NCBI GenBank assembly: GCA_964270895.1
Contig: OZ185444.1
DNA length: 64,000 nucleotides
DNA from: Podarcis filfolensis
Taxonomy: Eukaryota
Strand: one strand, 5' to 3'
Shown: positions 38,204 through 50,976 of the stretch, piece by piece
Layout: the number at the start of each line of letters is the position of its first letter
How positions within the stretch are numbered: position 1 is the stretch's first letter
Made by a program: the position numbers and the translations under genes
Notes under the pieces: model-generated
The model's input: only the letters and a program-made list of their open reading frames with translations
What the model was told of the DNA's origin: nothing
The model's database searches: none

Positions 38204-39789
38204 GACTCCCAGCTCCTTAACTCTCTGCTAGTCTCCAGGAGCTGGCAGGCAGAGAGAGGAGAGCCCTTTGCTGCATGTGGCTGCTGCTGAGAGTTAACCC
38301 TTCACCTGTCGTCTTCTCAACAGAGATATACCGGTATTTCCTGGCCACGGTTTGAATCTCTAGAAAACATACCTGCCCAATGGATCAGATTCAATTGGTG
38401 TCATTTTGCCCAAATATTGGCTGAGTCCTGTGGCCTCTATTCTGCACACTTGGCCAACTGAAAGGTCATGTTGGCTTACAGAGGTGAAGATTTAGCAGCC
38501 GATTTACTTCTTCTGCCTCTTCCCCCACCTGCTCTCCTGCCCACCCCAAAAAAAGACCATTCAGAAGCTTTTTAAGAGGGTCACACATACTGGATAAAGA
38601 CAATTCCTCAGCAGAAGTGTTCCATGTAATAGAAGCAAGACAAGGTGTTCAAATTAAAAACAGCCTGTGGATTCCCAAGCGAAAATACTTTTGCCACATA
38701 GAAGAGATGCTCTTTTCCAGTTTGAAACATTAGCTAGCCAGGATGCCAAAGCACATACATCAAGGGGATAAGAAATACACTTGTTTTACATTAAGGTTGC
38801 AATCCAATGCCCATCTTTCTGGCTCCAAGAGGGCCTTTGGTTCTAAGGTAAGCACGCCTAAGATTGCACAGTAAGAGGAGCAGTCACTCAAAGGGCACTT
38901 TGAGATTGTTGCTATTTAGGTGAGTGGGTTTGTGGATGGGGAAAGGCAATAGGAAGGTTTGTAACTAATGATGCAAATGTGACCAGGTCCAAAGTTGGAA
39001 TAAATGCCATCAAATTCACCCTTTCCTCCCGCCCCCAACCCTAAATGAAAGCTGTCTCCTGCCAAAATGTCCTCTTCTATACAACTACTATTGATGTTAC
39101 AGGAGTATCCTAACTGAGGTGCAAGTTTTGTGAACAAGGCGGGGCAGGTAAGGAAGAGAAAAAAAATCTAGAGTACTAAGCAGCAACAGTTCACCAGATG
39201 CAGTCTGAAAGAGCCATCATGAGATTATCTGTAACAGATCATGCAAAAGAAAAAAGAAAAAGTAGTTTGGAAGAGCTCATAACAGGATTGTGCGCAGCAC
39301 ATACTTGAAGGAACTCATTCCCTGCATGTCATCTGCTTTGTGTTTCTACCCTTACTTGATCCCTATCCAGAGAGGCAGCTCAGCCTTCTTGGAAATCTGG
39401 ATAGACCCGTCTTACTGGGTCATCCAAGGACCACAACAAAGCCACAGCTAGCACAGACTGCCGCCTAGGAAGTAAAACATGTATGAAACACGCTGCATTC
39501 ACACTACACCTTTAAATCACATTTGAAACCAGAGCCAGCCCACCCATGAGGCAAGGTGAAGGAGCCGCCTCAGGCAGCGGAAATACAAGAGGCGGTGCCC
39601 CCACTGGTGCTCCACCTCCCCATTACTCTCACCACTGCTGGAGAAGCAATCCAGGTAAGGGATGCCTCTGTGGTGGCAGAGCTGCTCAGCTTTCCTGCTG
39701 ATCTCCCCCCACCCCAGGGGCGGAGAGAGCCAAGCGGTAAAAGAATGGGAGACCTATCAAAATCAGTAGTCTGCTAAGCTTTAGTAATA

Positions 39790-40036
39790 CAGTGGTACCT
39801 TGGGTTACATACGCTTCAGGTTACAGTCGCTTCAGGTTACTGTAACCTGAAGCGTAACCCAGAAATAGTACCTTGGGTTAAGAACTTTGCTTCAGGATGA
39901 GAACAGAAATCGTGCTCCGGCGGCGCGGCAGCAGCGGGAGGCCCCGTTAGCTAAAGTGGTACCTCAGGTTAAGAACAGTTTCAGGTTAAGAACGGACCTC
40001 TGGAACAAATTAAGTACTTAACCTGAGGTACCACTG
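39790..40036. mobile_element. Tc1/mariner-type MITE, copy 4
   Basis: Same TIRs and TA flanks; near-identical to copy 1. Confidence 0.9.
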
Positions 40037-42294
40037 TACATGTTAGTCTTTCCTTAAACATTTGAGGAATAGCTAATGAAAATAGAGCTTCTTTTTACTT
40101 CCAACCCCTCTATTTTAGCCTGCTTTTATTCTCATGTTGGTTTCTCTTGAATAGCACAGCATAGGGTGGCTTGTGCATAACTTCAATCGTGTTGTTACTG
40201 GAGCATGGAAAGGGAAAAGATAACTGGAGGACAGGTGGGTCTACAGATATTGAGACTTGTTGGTATCTTTGTTATGTGCTGAAGTTTTTAAGCCACTGGC
40301 TCTTAACATATTGAATTAATAATAAAACATTAACCTGGAGGAAAAAGGAGGAGGAGGAGATTTCCTAATACTGTATCTCCATACTAGGAAAAGGCTGAAA
40401 TGTTTCCATACTAGGAAAAGGCTGAATTTATGTCTTTAATGCATCTGATAAAGGCTGAAAAACCTTGCTGGAAAAAGAGGCTGGCAACCTCACTGCTGAA
40501 TTAATGGGGAATTGCCAGGTTGACTGTTGCATTTGACACCCCAACGCCATATCTTACTACCCTTCTTTCCTGGAGACATTCCAGTAACTGCAGCCTCTCT
40601 GCCATGCACAGTTGCTGATTGGGGTCACTGTTCCCAAGCATTTGAAACTACCTATGAGGAGCACCTCATATCATATCCATGGCACTACTTAAGATTGTAA
40701 ATGCCTATTTTTCTTCTTAGGCACAGAGAGAGGATCTTGGACAATTAATAAAAATTACTGGAAATGTAGAGAACAACAGGCATGTGGAAGGAGAAAAGGC
40801 TTCCATAGCAAACTATCTCCCTTGCCAATGATGATAGTTATTGGAAATTGCTTCATTCTTTCTGGAAATACTTAACAAACAATTAGCAACCAAGGTATTG
40901 AGAATGTTATTTATAAATCCAATGAGGCAACAATATTCAGGAGGGACAAACCATCCTACATCACCCACACTTCCCTTCTCTGGGGCCTCATCAAAGTCCT
41001 CTCAGAGGCAGCTGTTTCTGTAAAGCAATATTTGAACATAAGAAAACTTAAGTAGCTGCTCATAATCCAACTTGCTCAGGAAAGTTTCTCCAGTCATGTG
41101 AGTCTCTCCTTGTCATAACCAATGAGAACAGAGCAGAGCAAAGGTTCCTGTAAAGCACTACACCAGGGTAATTTAACTATGTCACTAAATAATATTTACT
41201 CTAGAAGGGCTGAAACATCCTTATAGAGTCACCAGTCCTCATCCTTTAAGCCTTCTAGAACAGAGACGGGAAAGCTACGACCCTCCAGATGTTGTCAGAC
41301 TCTGCAGCTCCCCATCATCCACAGCCAGCATGGCCAATGGACAGGGATGCAGTCCAACAACAACTCTTACCTATTTCAGAAGCTAGGGCTGCAACTCCAA
41401 CCCAATTACCTAACTATATGCACACTGGACTCACTTCTGTTGACTAATCGATATATATTATTCCAATGGAACAATGAGAAAATCTACAGTCACTGTTGAT
41501 CTCAGACAAGGCAGTCAGGACAAAGTAAACACTCAGCATTTGGTCCTTTGATTGCCATCGACAGAGCCCTGCTGTTTCTCCTTGTATAGTATGCGTGCAG
41601 GTCTGATTCCACAGATGTTGTTCAAACACATGCATATTAAATTTTAAAATAAAATGATTCATCACTGCAGGCCCAAGAGAGTCTGGCCGTAGACATTTAC
41701 GTGCAACCCAAACTGGATTACCTTTTGCCAACAAAACATTAGTTGCAACTGCATGGGAAGAGGCCAGTGTTTAGCAGGTCATTTGGGTTGTTCCTAATAA
41801 AGGAATTGCCCTACTGTGAATATTGGAGTGCTCACCAATTGCCCTTTTCATACTACTCTGGTACTGTTCTTCTATATATTAATTGACCAAATATTCCATG
41901 ATCCATGGTTGGAGAGTTTCTGGACTCAACCCCATCTCTCCACCCCATATGGACTTCTGGAACTTCCTTGCTGGCCTGTTTTTTACTCAGTACTTACCAG
42001 TTCCAGATCCTTCTTCAAAGGATGAATTAGGACGAGTGGCTCAATAAAAACTTCCAGGAGAGAAACACAGAAGAGGGAGCCCCTTTTGTTGCAGCTGAGT
42101 ATTCCTGGCAGGAAGCCTCACAGAAGTTTGTGCTGCTTGACATTGGGAGGCAATAGCAGCCAAAAGTGAAGCTGAGAAGCAGTATTTTTTCTTTTTCTTT
42201 TTTGGTATTCCACTCTGCTGAAAACCATATGGCAAAATGTGAGGAGACAGAAGGCTTGGGCTGTGAGAGTGTGTGTATTTGTGTGTGCGTGTTT

Positions 42295-42322
42295 GAGTGA
42301 GTGAGTGAGTGAGTGAGTGAGT
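42295..42322. repeat. (GAGT)7 microsatellite
   Basis: Read directly from the sequence. Confidence 0.95.
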
Positions 42323-43058
42323 GTGTAAGACAGGACTCTCTGCAGATCACTGGCCAGTTGTTCTAACCCAGGAAAGACCCAATATTACACCACACATTTA
42401 AAACACACACTCCAGGAATCCTAAGAACTATACTCCTTACAGAGCTATAATTCACAGCACCCTCAACAAACCACAGTTTTCTGGTTTCTCAGGGGGAAGT
42501 CATGTGCTTTAAATGTGTGGTATGTACACAGCCCTAACTCCTTTGGGGGTGCACGCAAACCTCCCCACACGAGCAAATCCCCATGTATTATTCCAACTAA
42601 GCCCTCCCTTTCCAAACACTGAAACCTATATTGGGCATGTGGCAGTTAGTACTATATTTTATAGACTATAAAATGGCTTGTTCATTCAAAGCAACCTAGT
42701 CCCTGGACACTTGCCAATGGCTTAATCTTTCCACAGCAAATACTCCTAACTGGACACCTTAGAGCTTTTTTCCTTTTTCTTTGACTCTCTTCCTGCTCCC
42801 TCAAATTATATTCATTCTCGAACAAGGCATTCTACTGCCCCTACCCACGTCAACCGCCGCTGCCCTCTGGTGCAAAATGGAAATGCTTTATTTTCACGCT
42901 CTCTGGGTGCCTATCAACCCCTCTGAAAGCAGCTCAGCATTGACATGCTTTGGAAAGCCCAGCTGGAGGAACATATTGGGAAGCGCAAGCGGTGTAAATG
43001 TCACGTCACTCTTTCCCTTTCCCTTTTCTGAGGCTGAAGTGATGCCTGAGTGTCTCCC

Positions 43059-43068
43059 ATTATGTAAC
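43059..43068. promoter_or_regulatory. D-box (PAR bZIP / E4BP4 site)
   Basis: ATTATGTAAC is a perfect match to RTTAYGTAAY. Confidence 0.45.
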
Positions 43069-44322
43069 ACACAGTGCACATGGGAGCCAGGATGCCACAG
43101 GGTGGATTACAGGCAGTGAGTGGAACAGCCGCAGCCATCGGACAAAGCTATTTTTATAGCTCATCTCTTGCCGCCGCCCCCCTTCTCCTTTAGCTCTTCT
43201 CATAGTGCCAAGCAGAGGAATAAGATATTGCAAAGTTTTGTTGAAAGGAGTACAAGAATTCCTTCACTGTAACTTCGTTAGACAACCAGCAACACTAAAA
43301 AGCTGAGGTAAATCTGGAGATTCTGACGTCCAGGCCAGACTCTGGAGGTGCCTCATCATCCTAGAAGCAAGTATGGTCGCCTGAGCTGGCACTTATCTCT
43401 GCTGGGGAAGATTTTTCCTCAAACACCAAAGGTTGTACACCTCCTCATTTCAGCCACCACCCATCCCCCTTTCCTGACCCTGGTGTGTCTCCGTAATCCC
43501 CATTCCCCGCAGTACTGGCAGTCCCCTCTCTCTCGTAGTAATATTAGAAAGGTCACTCCACTGCCATTCCCACCCAGGGCGACCAGAGCAGGATGTTGGT
43601 GGAAACTGCACCATAGTGAATAGGGAATCTAACACCCCTAGAATCGCCCCATCAGCTGAACAGAGAGGGAGAGACAGATGGTCAGGAGCAAGAGAATGCC
43701 TGCAAAAAGAGGCTACATGTGACCAGCTTTCTCTCAAAAGCCCTGCTCATCCACTCCACTCCCTGGGCTGGCTGTTGCTGAATCAACCAGCACCAAGGCA
43801 AATAGCTCTAGCTCCTGTCTGCAGATCAACCTGGTCAATGCAGAAGAGGGCAGGGGACTTTTCGTTGTCATCAGAGACCAAAAGTGGTCTACAGCAATCA
43901 AACAGCCTAATGTCTGAAGTAGAAATTTTGACAAAAGTTCAGAACATCCTGCCCCTGTGCTGGGTGCAGTTTCAGGCATAAATCTTAATTTCACTTAATT
44001 CCCAAAGGAGTAATGTTTTAGGGGAGGGGGATGCTTCATAAATAGAACTACAGTATATATTAATTTACTGGCTTTCTTTGCAAAATGAAAGAGATTTAGG
44101 GCATCCGGTAACGCTCTGGGAAACTATAGGTATTGTTCTGCATGCCAAGCAGTTGTGGAAGTAGAAAGGGCCTCCCTTTTCACTCCAGTTGGTAGGGCAG
44201 TGAACTCCTTCTCTCCTCTGGGGGACAGATAACTGGCATGGTTGGTTTCCCGCTGGCCTCTTGGTTTACTTTCCTCATTTTTCTAGCACTGGATATCATT
44301 TTCATTTGTGGAGAGGGAAATA

Positions 44323-44553
44323 CAGTGGTACCTCTGGTTACGAACTTAATTCATTCCGGAGGTCCGTTCTTAACCTGAAACCTTTCTTAACCTGAGGTAC
44401 CACTTTAGCTAATGGGGCCTCCTACTGCCGCCACACGATTTCTGTTCTCATCCTGAGGTAAAGTTCTTAACCCGAGGTACTACTTCCGAGTTAGCGGAGT
44501 ATATAACCCGAAGTGTTTGTAACCCGAGGTGTTTGTAACCTGAGGTACCACTG
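44323..44553. mobile_element. Tc1/mariner-type MITE, copy 5 (inverted)
   Basis: Same TIRs and TA flanks. Confidence 0.9.
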
Positions 44554-44825
44554 TACATGCTGAGGGTGCGCTCCCCCCCCCATTTTCTTGCCCTGGATGG
44601 CATGGGGTGGGGAGTGAAGCAGGGATGGCTCTACCTTCCTTCTTTTCCTCGCTCAGGAGGACATTTTGATGGGGTGGAAAGAAGAAGGGAGAGGGCTGGC
44701 TTTCCTTTGTTTCTTGTATTTTGATCGAGTGTTGGGGAGGAAGAGGCAAAGGGGATGCCATCCCCACTTGCCTTAAGGCTTGTCTCATTTCTTTTCTGCC
44801 CAGAAGGGCATATTTATTTTTTAGT

Positions 44826-44826
<1 letters not shown>

Positions 44827-44867
<41 letters not shown>
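44827..44867. repeat. (TAA)n microsatellite (tail of adjacent MIR-like SINE)
   Basis: About 13 units; the adjacent ~44868-45050 resembles a minus-strand MIR-like SINE. Confidence 0.9.
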
Positions 44868-46271
44868 TCCTCCATGCAGCTCAAGGTGCTATACATGGTT
44901 CTTCCTGCATGTCATTATATCCTCATAGGTTGGGCTGAGAGAATGGCTGGCTGAAAATTGCCCAGCAAACTCCATCACTGAGTGGGAATTGAAACCTTCG
45001 TTTCCCAAGTCAACCAATCAGTTAGTTGATGCTTTGCTACATAGGAATAAAAGTATTCCCAGTTTTGTGTCAAGCCATGCCCTCATGACAGCCATTTTGC
45101 ATCAAGCCACGGCGCCTTGTGGCAGCCATTTTGTGGCTGGTGGCTTCAACATTCTCTCAAAATTCCAAAAATGTTGACGACCGCTGCTTAAGTAGCACAC
45201 TCAATGAGAATTGCTCCTCAGTCCTAACCCAGCTCTATTTCAGATGCAGTCTGATGTTGCATTGTTAACAGTTTCCATTTCTTTGCTATAAAATTGGTCC
45301 CTCATGGTTGGAAGCGCTGTCCAGTAAAGGTACTTCAGTTACATTCATTAGCAGTTTAGCTTACAGCCTCAACCGATTGGTTGAAAGCTCAACAAAACAA
45401 TGTTAAAATCACATAGTAGCAACCATGACCCTGGAATGCAAAGCACCTTAGATCTATGAGATTAATGGGCATTTTACTATAAATCAAGGTATAAAAATAA
45501 CTTAAAAATCAGGTTCACATGGGGAAGTCACACCTTTGGATGCATTCACGTAATGCATTTAAAGCACGTGGCCAGCGCCAAGTAGTTAATACTTGCTTTT
45601 TTAGTGTTAATGACTCAAAATGTCAGGTACACACTTAAGGGGCAGTGGCCAATGGAGTTTGTGGTACAAAACTGACTGAGGTTTTGAGAGGATACCAGAT
45701 TTTAGGGTTGGTAGCTAATGGCAGGCAGACATTTTCATTATTTATTTGTATTTATATCCTACACTTTCAGCACAAAATAATCCCAGGGCAGCTGTTACAA
45801 CATTTTGAAAACAATCCGACTATAAAAAGGAAGCACACGCACTGAAAACACAACAATGGTAACAGCAGCAGCATTGAATTAATGCAGCAACCACAAGAGG
45901 TTGGTCAAACACAATACAGTATTTTTAAATGTCTAAGGAAAATAAGAGGGGTTCATGAAGCACCAAAAGACACAGAGTGCCAGGCTAAGCTTCCTGGGGA
46001 AAGTAGAGTTGTTACAGTTGAACAGGTAACTCCCATGTCCCCTGATGCACCTCAGGTAGCAGAGACACCTGGAGAAGAGCTGTTTACAAAGATCTTAACA
46101 CATCAGCTGGTAGATGTGAGAAAAGGCAGCTCTAGAGGTAACCAGACCTAAAGCCCCATAGATCATTAAACAGCAAGTATCAGCACTTGCAATTATGCTT
46201 GGAAACAGGCAGCCATGATATGTTTGCTAGGCCTGGTGCCAGTTGGTGACTGTATGACGTGCTTTTATTTA

Positions 46272-46495
46272 CAGTGGTACCTCTGGTTATGAATGCTTCA
46301 GGTTACGAGCTCCGCTAACCCAAAAGTAGCTGCTCCAGGTTGTGAACTTTGCCCCTGGATGCGAACGGAAATTATGTGCTGGAGGCGCGCACAGTGGGAG
46401 GCCCTGTTAGCGAAAACGTGCCTCAGGATAAGAACTGTTTCAGTTTAAGAACAGATTTCCGGAACGAATTAAATTCGTAACCAGAGGTACCACTG
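46272..46495. mobile_element. Tc1/mariner-type MITE, copy 6 (diverged subfamily)
   Basis: TA|CAGTGGTACCTCTGGTTA...TAACCAGAGGTACCACTG|TA; core more diverged. Confidence 0.85.
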
Positions 46496-46920
46496 TAATT
46501 TTTAATTCTTTTGTTTTACTACTTTTGTTGTTTTCCACTTTGGGTTCCTTTGGGAGGCAGGGCAGGATAGGAATTTAATAAATATATATATTCCGAACCA
46601 AATGAAGTTTGAGAAATCTGCAACATATTCACACATATTGTATATACACAGGTAACGCAGGTGTGTAATCTACACACCAAACATGTTGCAGTGATCTCGT
46701 CTGGAAATGACCAGAGCTGGATCACTGTGGCTAAGCTCTCTCTGTCCAAGAAGGCCATGGCTGGCATGGCAACACCAGGTGGTGAAAAGACACTGCAAAG
46801 CACATCATGAAGGCCTCCAGTAACAAAGCTAAATTAAGTACCACCCCAAGACTGTAGGTGTAATCCTCATCTTTTAGTTTGTATTGAATTTTTAAAATGC
46901 CACAAGGTTAGGTAAAAGTT

Positions 46921-46949
46921 AAGGTAAAGGTAAAGGTAAAGGTAAAGGC
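46921..46949. repeat. (GGTAAA)n hexamer repeat
   Basis: aaggtaaaggtaaaggtaaaggtaaaggc; the same unit as the Sauria SINE tail. Confidence 0.85.
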
Positions 46950-47730
46950 AGTTAGGAAAGTTATTTTATTTTATTTTGTTTGCCTTCTTTCTGCTGTTCA
47001 TTCTCTTCCACCATATGAATCCAACTAGGCGGGATGTGTGAGCGGATTGCTCCAAGTCCTGACTGCATGTTCAGAAACTTTTACCATTATTTTGTAACCT
47101 GGCTTTCTTTGCTGCTGTATGGAAAAACACATGAATATGACTGTTGATGATTTTGTAAGTATACTTATTTTAAAATTACCAAACTGTGTAATCTATTCAA
47201 TTCTAAGAGGGTAGAAAGGGAAAGTCGCCGTAAACAACTTAGAATGAGATATTTAAAATGTCTAAGAGCCTATATTTCCATGCTTCACTTTGCTGTGTGT
47301 TTTGCATTTTAAAATCTCTGCTGAGGCTCTCTCTTTCCAGAAAGTATTCTACCCCGTGTTTGGATCTAGGAATCTGGCATTCTTTTCTTTAAATCAATCA
47401 TAAACCAGCACCAACATATGGCAAACCACAGGTTGCCCATCTCTGCTGCAGAGGAAAGGGGTAGCCTTGGAACGATTTTCCTTCTTTTTATAGGGCTACA
47501 AGAGCACTTGCGTGATAAATTGGATAAAGGTCCCTTTCACTGCACTTTAAATGAACACACAATACAGGAGAAAAGAGCACTTAAGCTTCTGTGACTTAGT
47601 ACTATCTGTCAAAACACTCATTTATATAATTTGGGCTAAATGCAGAACACTTTCTGCATGGGAGAGTGAAGAATAATCTCCTTTTGGGCAGGGAAGTAGA
47701 TCCTTTGCCAATGCAGTTTGCAGTTGTCGC

Positions 47731-47867
47731 CATGGGCGTAGCCGGGGAGGGGAGAGGGGGGCAGCTGCCCCCCATCAATAAAAATAAATTAAAACACATA
47801 GCTAACTTAAGTTCTGCCCCCCCAACAAAAGGCCTACCCCCCAACAAAAATCCTGGCTACGCCCAAT
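47731..47867. mobile_element. Non-autonomous hAT-like element
   Basis: TIR (CA)TGGGCGTAGCC / GGCTACGCCCA; 8-bp TSD gttgtcgc / gttgccgc. Confidence 0.7.
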
Positions 47868-48389
47868 GTTGCCGCTACATATCTCTCTGAAAAAAATATT
47901 TTGCTCCCCATGCAGATTGGTTTTGACAAGCCTAGATCCTTCTTATCCAGACTGGCAGTCCCTGGGGTTGCAATCCTTTTCACTTGTGGCACAAAGACTT
48001 TTTTCTATAATTCATTATCCTTGAAACTGCTCAGTCATCCATACTAAACAAACTTGAGAAGAAGTGGACCAGAATGTAGAGTCTTAAGACTCTAGCCTGA
48101 TCATCCATCATGCTGGTTCAACTGGCATATAAAAGGAAAGAAAGTGTGATTGTTTGCTAATGGGAGGTTTATTTATTTACAATCATTTTTTTACTGCCTT
48201 TCAGTTAAAGAAAATAAAAACCATTCCAAGACAGCTGGTTGCAAAGCTTTGGCTGGATTAGTGTCAAAACAGTATGCTTCTCTCTCTCTCTTTCATTTCA
48301 TATCAATAACCTTTAGTTTCTTGTGCAATCCCATCGGGAGGGTTATTTATTTTTAAAGGGACAAGGTCACAGCACTTGCTATGCTGCAA

Positions 48390-48406
48390 CAGCGCCATCT
48401 GGTGGT
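48390..48406 (-). promoter_or_regulatory. CTCF site
   Basis: Minus strand reads ACCACCAGATGGCGCTG, a textbook CTCF core; AP-1 TGAGTCA abuts at 48406-48412. Confidence 0.75.
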
Positions 48407-50976
48407 GAGTCATTAGAAAAGCAGAACGTTTCTTAACCAAATTAGAAGACTGGACAAGGAGTAAGATGAACGTGATGAGGGCACATGCATAAATGTGGGG
48501 GGACCTGCATGCTGAAAGGGATGATGAGTCCTCCCTCCCCTGATTTCCCTGGACTCCTTTGCCCCAGTTTCAGACCTTGGCCAGGATCTAACAAGGCCTC
48601 ATGTGAAGAGCCCAATGCCGGGGCAAGCAGCCAAGGTTCATAATGGCCAGAAGTAATATATGGTTGAAAACATGAGACAAGGAGAGAGAGAGATTGCATG
48701 GTTACTTGGTAAGTTGTTCAGACTAAGAAGCTCAGTTGGACACAAGGGCTAGAAAGGTGAATAGAGAACAGAGAGGGTCAAAGCAGAGCAGAAAACGAAA
48801 TCTAAACCCCTTCCCTCAAAATCAGAAGGGATGGAAGTTGTTCAGTAACCCTGAACTTCACTGGCCCCATTGGTGAGGGAAGCTGCTTTCAGGTCAGTCT
48901 TGCTGACTGTGCTCTCCTCTCCCAAAGCAAAGTTCAAAACCAGAAAATCAGTGTCGCCTCCAGCATTGTAACTCCAAGTGTATCCCAGGTAAATTGTACA
49001 TAAGGTCACCTATTGCAATGCCTGGAGTACTGCCAGTACTTTTACTCTAAAGCCTTGCTACTTCCAGCTGCCCACTCACTTCCACCAATCTTAGCTCTTT
49101 CCGTGCCACTCCCCCTTTTGCAGAAGATAGTTCAGATGCAGTTTTTTGATTCAAACAACCACTACTTAGAACTGTCTCTCTCTCTCATCTCCCAATGAGG
49201 CAGCAATTAAAAAAAAAATCCTTCCAATTTTAGGAAGGCATGAAAATAACAAAGCACTAAACTTTCCAAGATGTGAGGTACAAACTCTTAAATACTACAT
49301 GGAAGTCTCCCAACAGACTTGTGGAGGGACACCACATAGTATCGGAATAACTGGGAAACGGCAAAAATGGGGCAGGTGAGATGTATATCCACCAAAAAAG
49401 AGATTTGGCAGGTGAGATGCAAAACAAAAAACATGAACCATGTTGCGCACAGGTAATAGGCAACTGCCCCTCTTTCCATAATACAAAAGTTCTGAAGCAC
49501 CTCCTCTGGAATACATTTTCTCATCACACAATTAAATTTTATTCCTTGCTTCCATTCCAGCTTGCCCACACTTTTAAGTCATTCTCACCTGCCTGACACC
49601 CAGAGCAATTAAACTGATGAGTCTAAAAGGGCATTCTCTGTATTGTCACCATAGCTCTTTACCATCTGGGTTCCTTCAGACCGCAACATTTCAGGACTTT
49701 AGGAAAGGGTTAAAAACTTACCTGCTCACACTGGCCTTTCCTTGAATTTATTTTTTCTTGCTGCAGTTGATTCTGGCTATATATGGGGGGGGGTGGCTGG
49801 ATGTTTATTGCTACCGGCTTATTAAATGTCTGTAATTTTTTGATGATATTGTATTTGTATTATTTAACAGAAGCCACCTTAACAGGGTTTGACTCTTAAA
49901 GCCAGCATACAAATAGATCAAATATATAAACACAATTTAAATAAAACGATTTGGTTTGGAGGAAGGGCCAGTGGTATGACTGGGGTTGATGTAGAAGACA
50001 GCTCCTTCAGTTGCAAGGGGACAACTGTGAAGAGCTGAAATGTATCACCATGGTGTCTCATTACAACCAAATGTCAGATGAAAGAAAGTGGAAAATAGAG
50101 ACTGATTTCCAAGGTTGGAGAAAGACAATAGTTTAAAAGCTGGAAGTGGTTGGAGAAATTGTTTCCAAGAAAGACAGATATTTCATTGATTCCATTGTTG
50201 CCTCTTATCAAGCAGGTTTTTTGCAGCCAATATAAAATCCTGCAAAACCCATTTAAGCAGAGTCAAAAGGAGGATAGTGTGTGTGTGTGTGTGCGCGCAC
50301 GCGCGTATACACACACACAAACCACACACACACACAACATGCAGCAATCTCTCTTTCAAACCACCTTTAATTCTTTGAAAAAAACATTTTTTAATCTGAC
50401 CCAAGATAGCCCTATTTCCGCAAAGGTCCCTTTGGAAACATTTAGCATTCTGTTCTCGGGAAGGAGACAGTCTAACCCAGTTCTTGTGGATGATGTGCAA
50501 GTCATCAAAATCAATGGACGTAATTCGAATGATTTCAATTTATCCACTCAAGAGTTTGACCAACCTTGGATATCACCAGTTTTTTTAATGAATAATTTTT
50601 ATTAATTCTAGTTTGTTGAGGCATAGCACTGCTTATCATCCTCACAGACTCCCGAGTCCCAAAGATTTCTACACTTTGTCATTTAAAAGCCATATTTAGC
50701 TCAAGTTGCACAAAGATAGCCAAGTTTCTTCTGTCTTTCTACCTCCATATCCAAACCCCATTTGTCAAAAACAAAAACCCGAGAACATTTATGATCAATA
50801 GTTGCTATCTTAATGCCAAACACTACCACAAAACTCCTACTGCCCATCAGCATTCAGAGGGCAACAGGCAGGTATCCGGCAAGGGGGGGGGGGCAGTCTA
50901 GGTATCATGTTGTGCAAACTCTACCAAGTGGGGGATTTTTTTGTCTCTTTGTTCATGTTTGCCACATCTTCTTACC

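Noticed and set aside
40378-40426. 22-bp direct repeat with 27-bp period (similar small duplications at ~4121, ~4416, ~10975)
   Set aside because: Ordinary local slippage duplications; two units only, not CRISPR-like.
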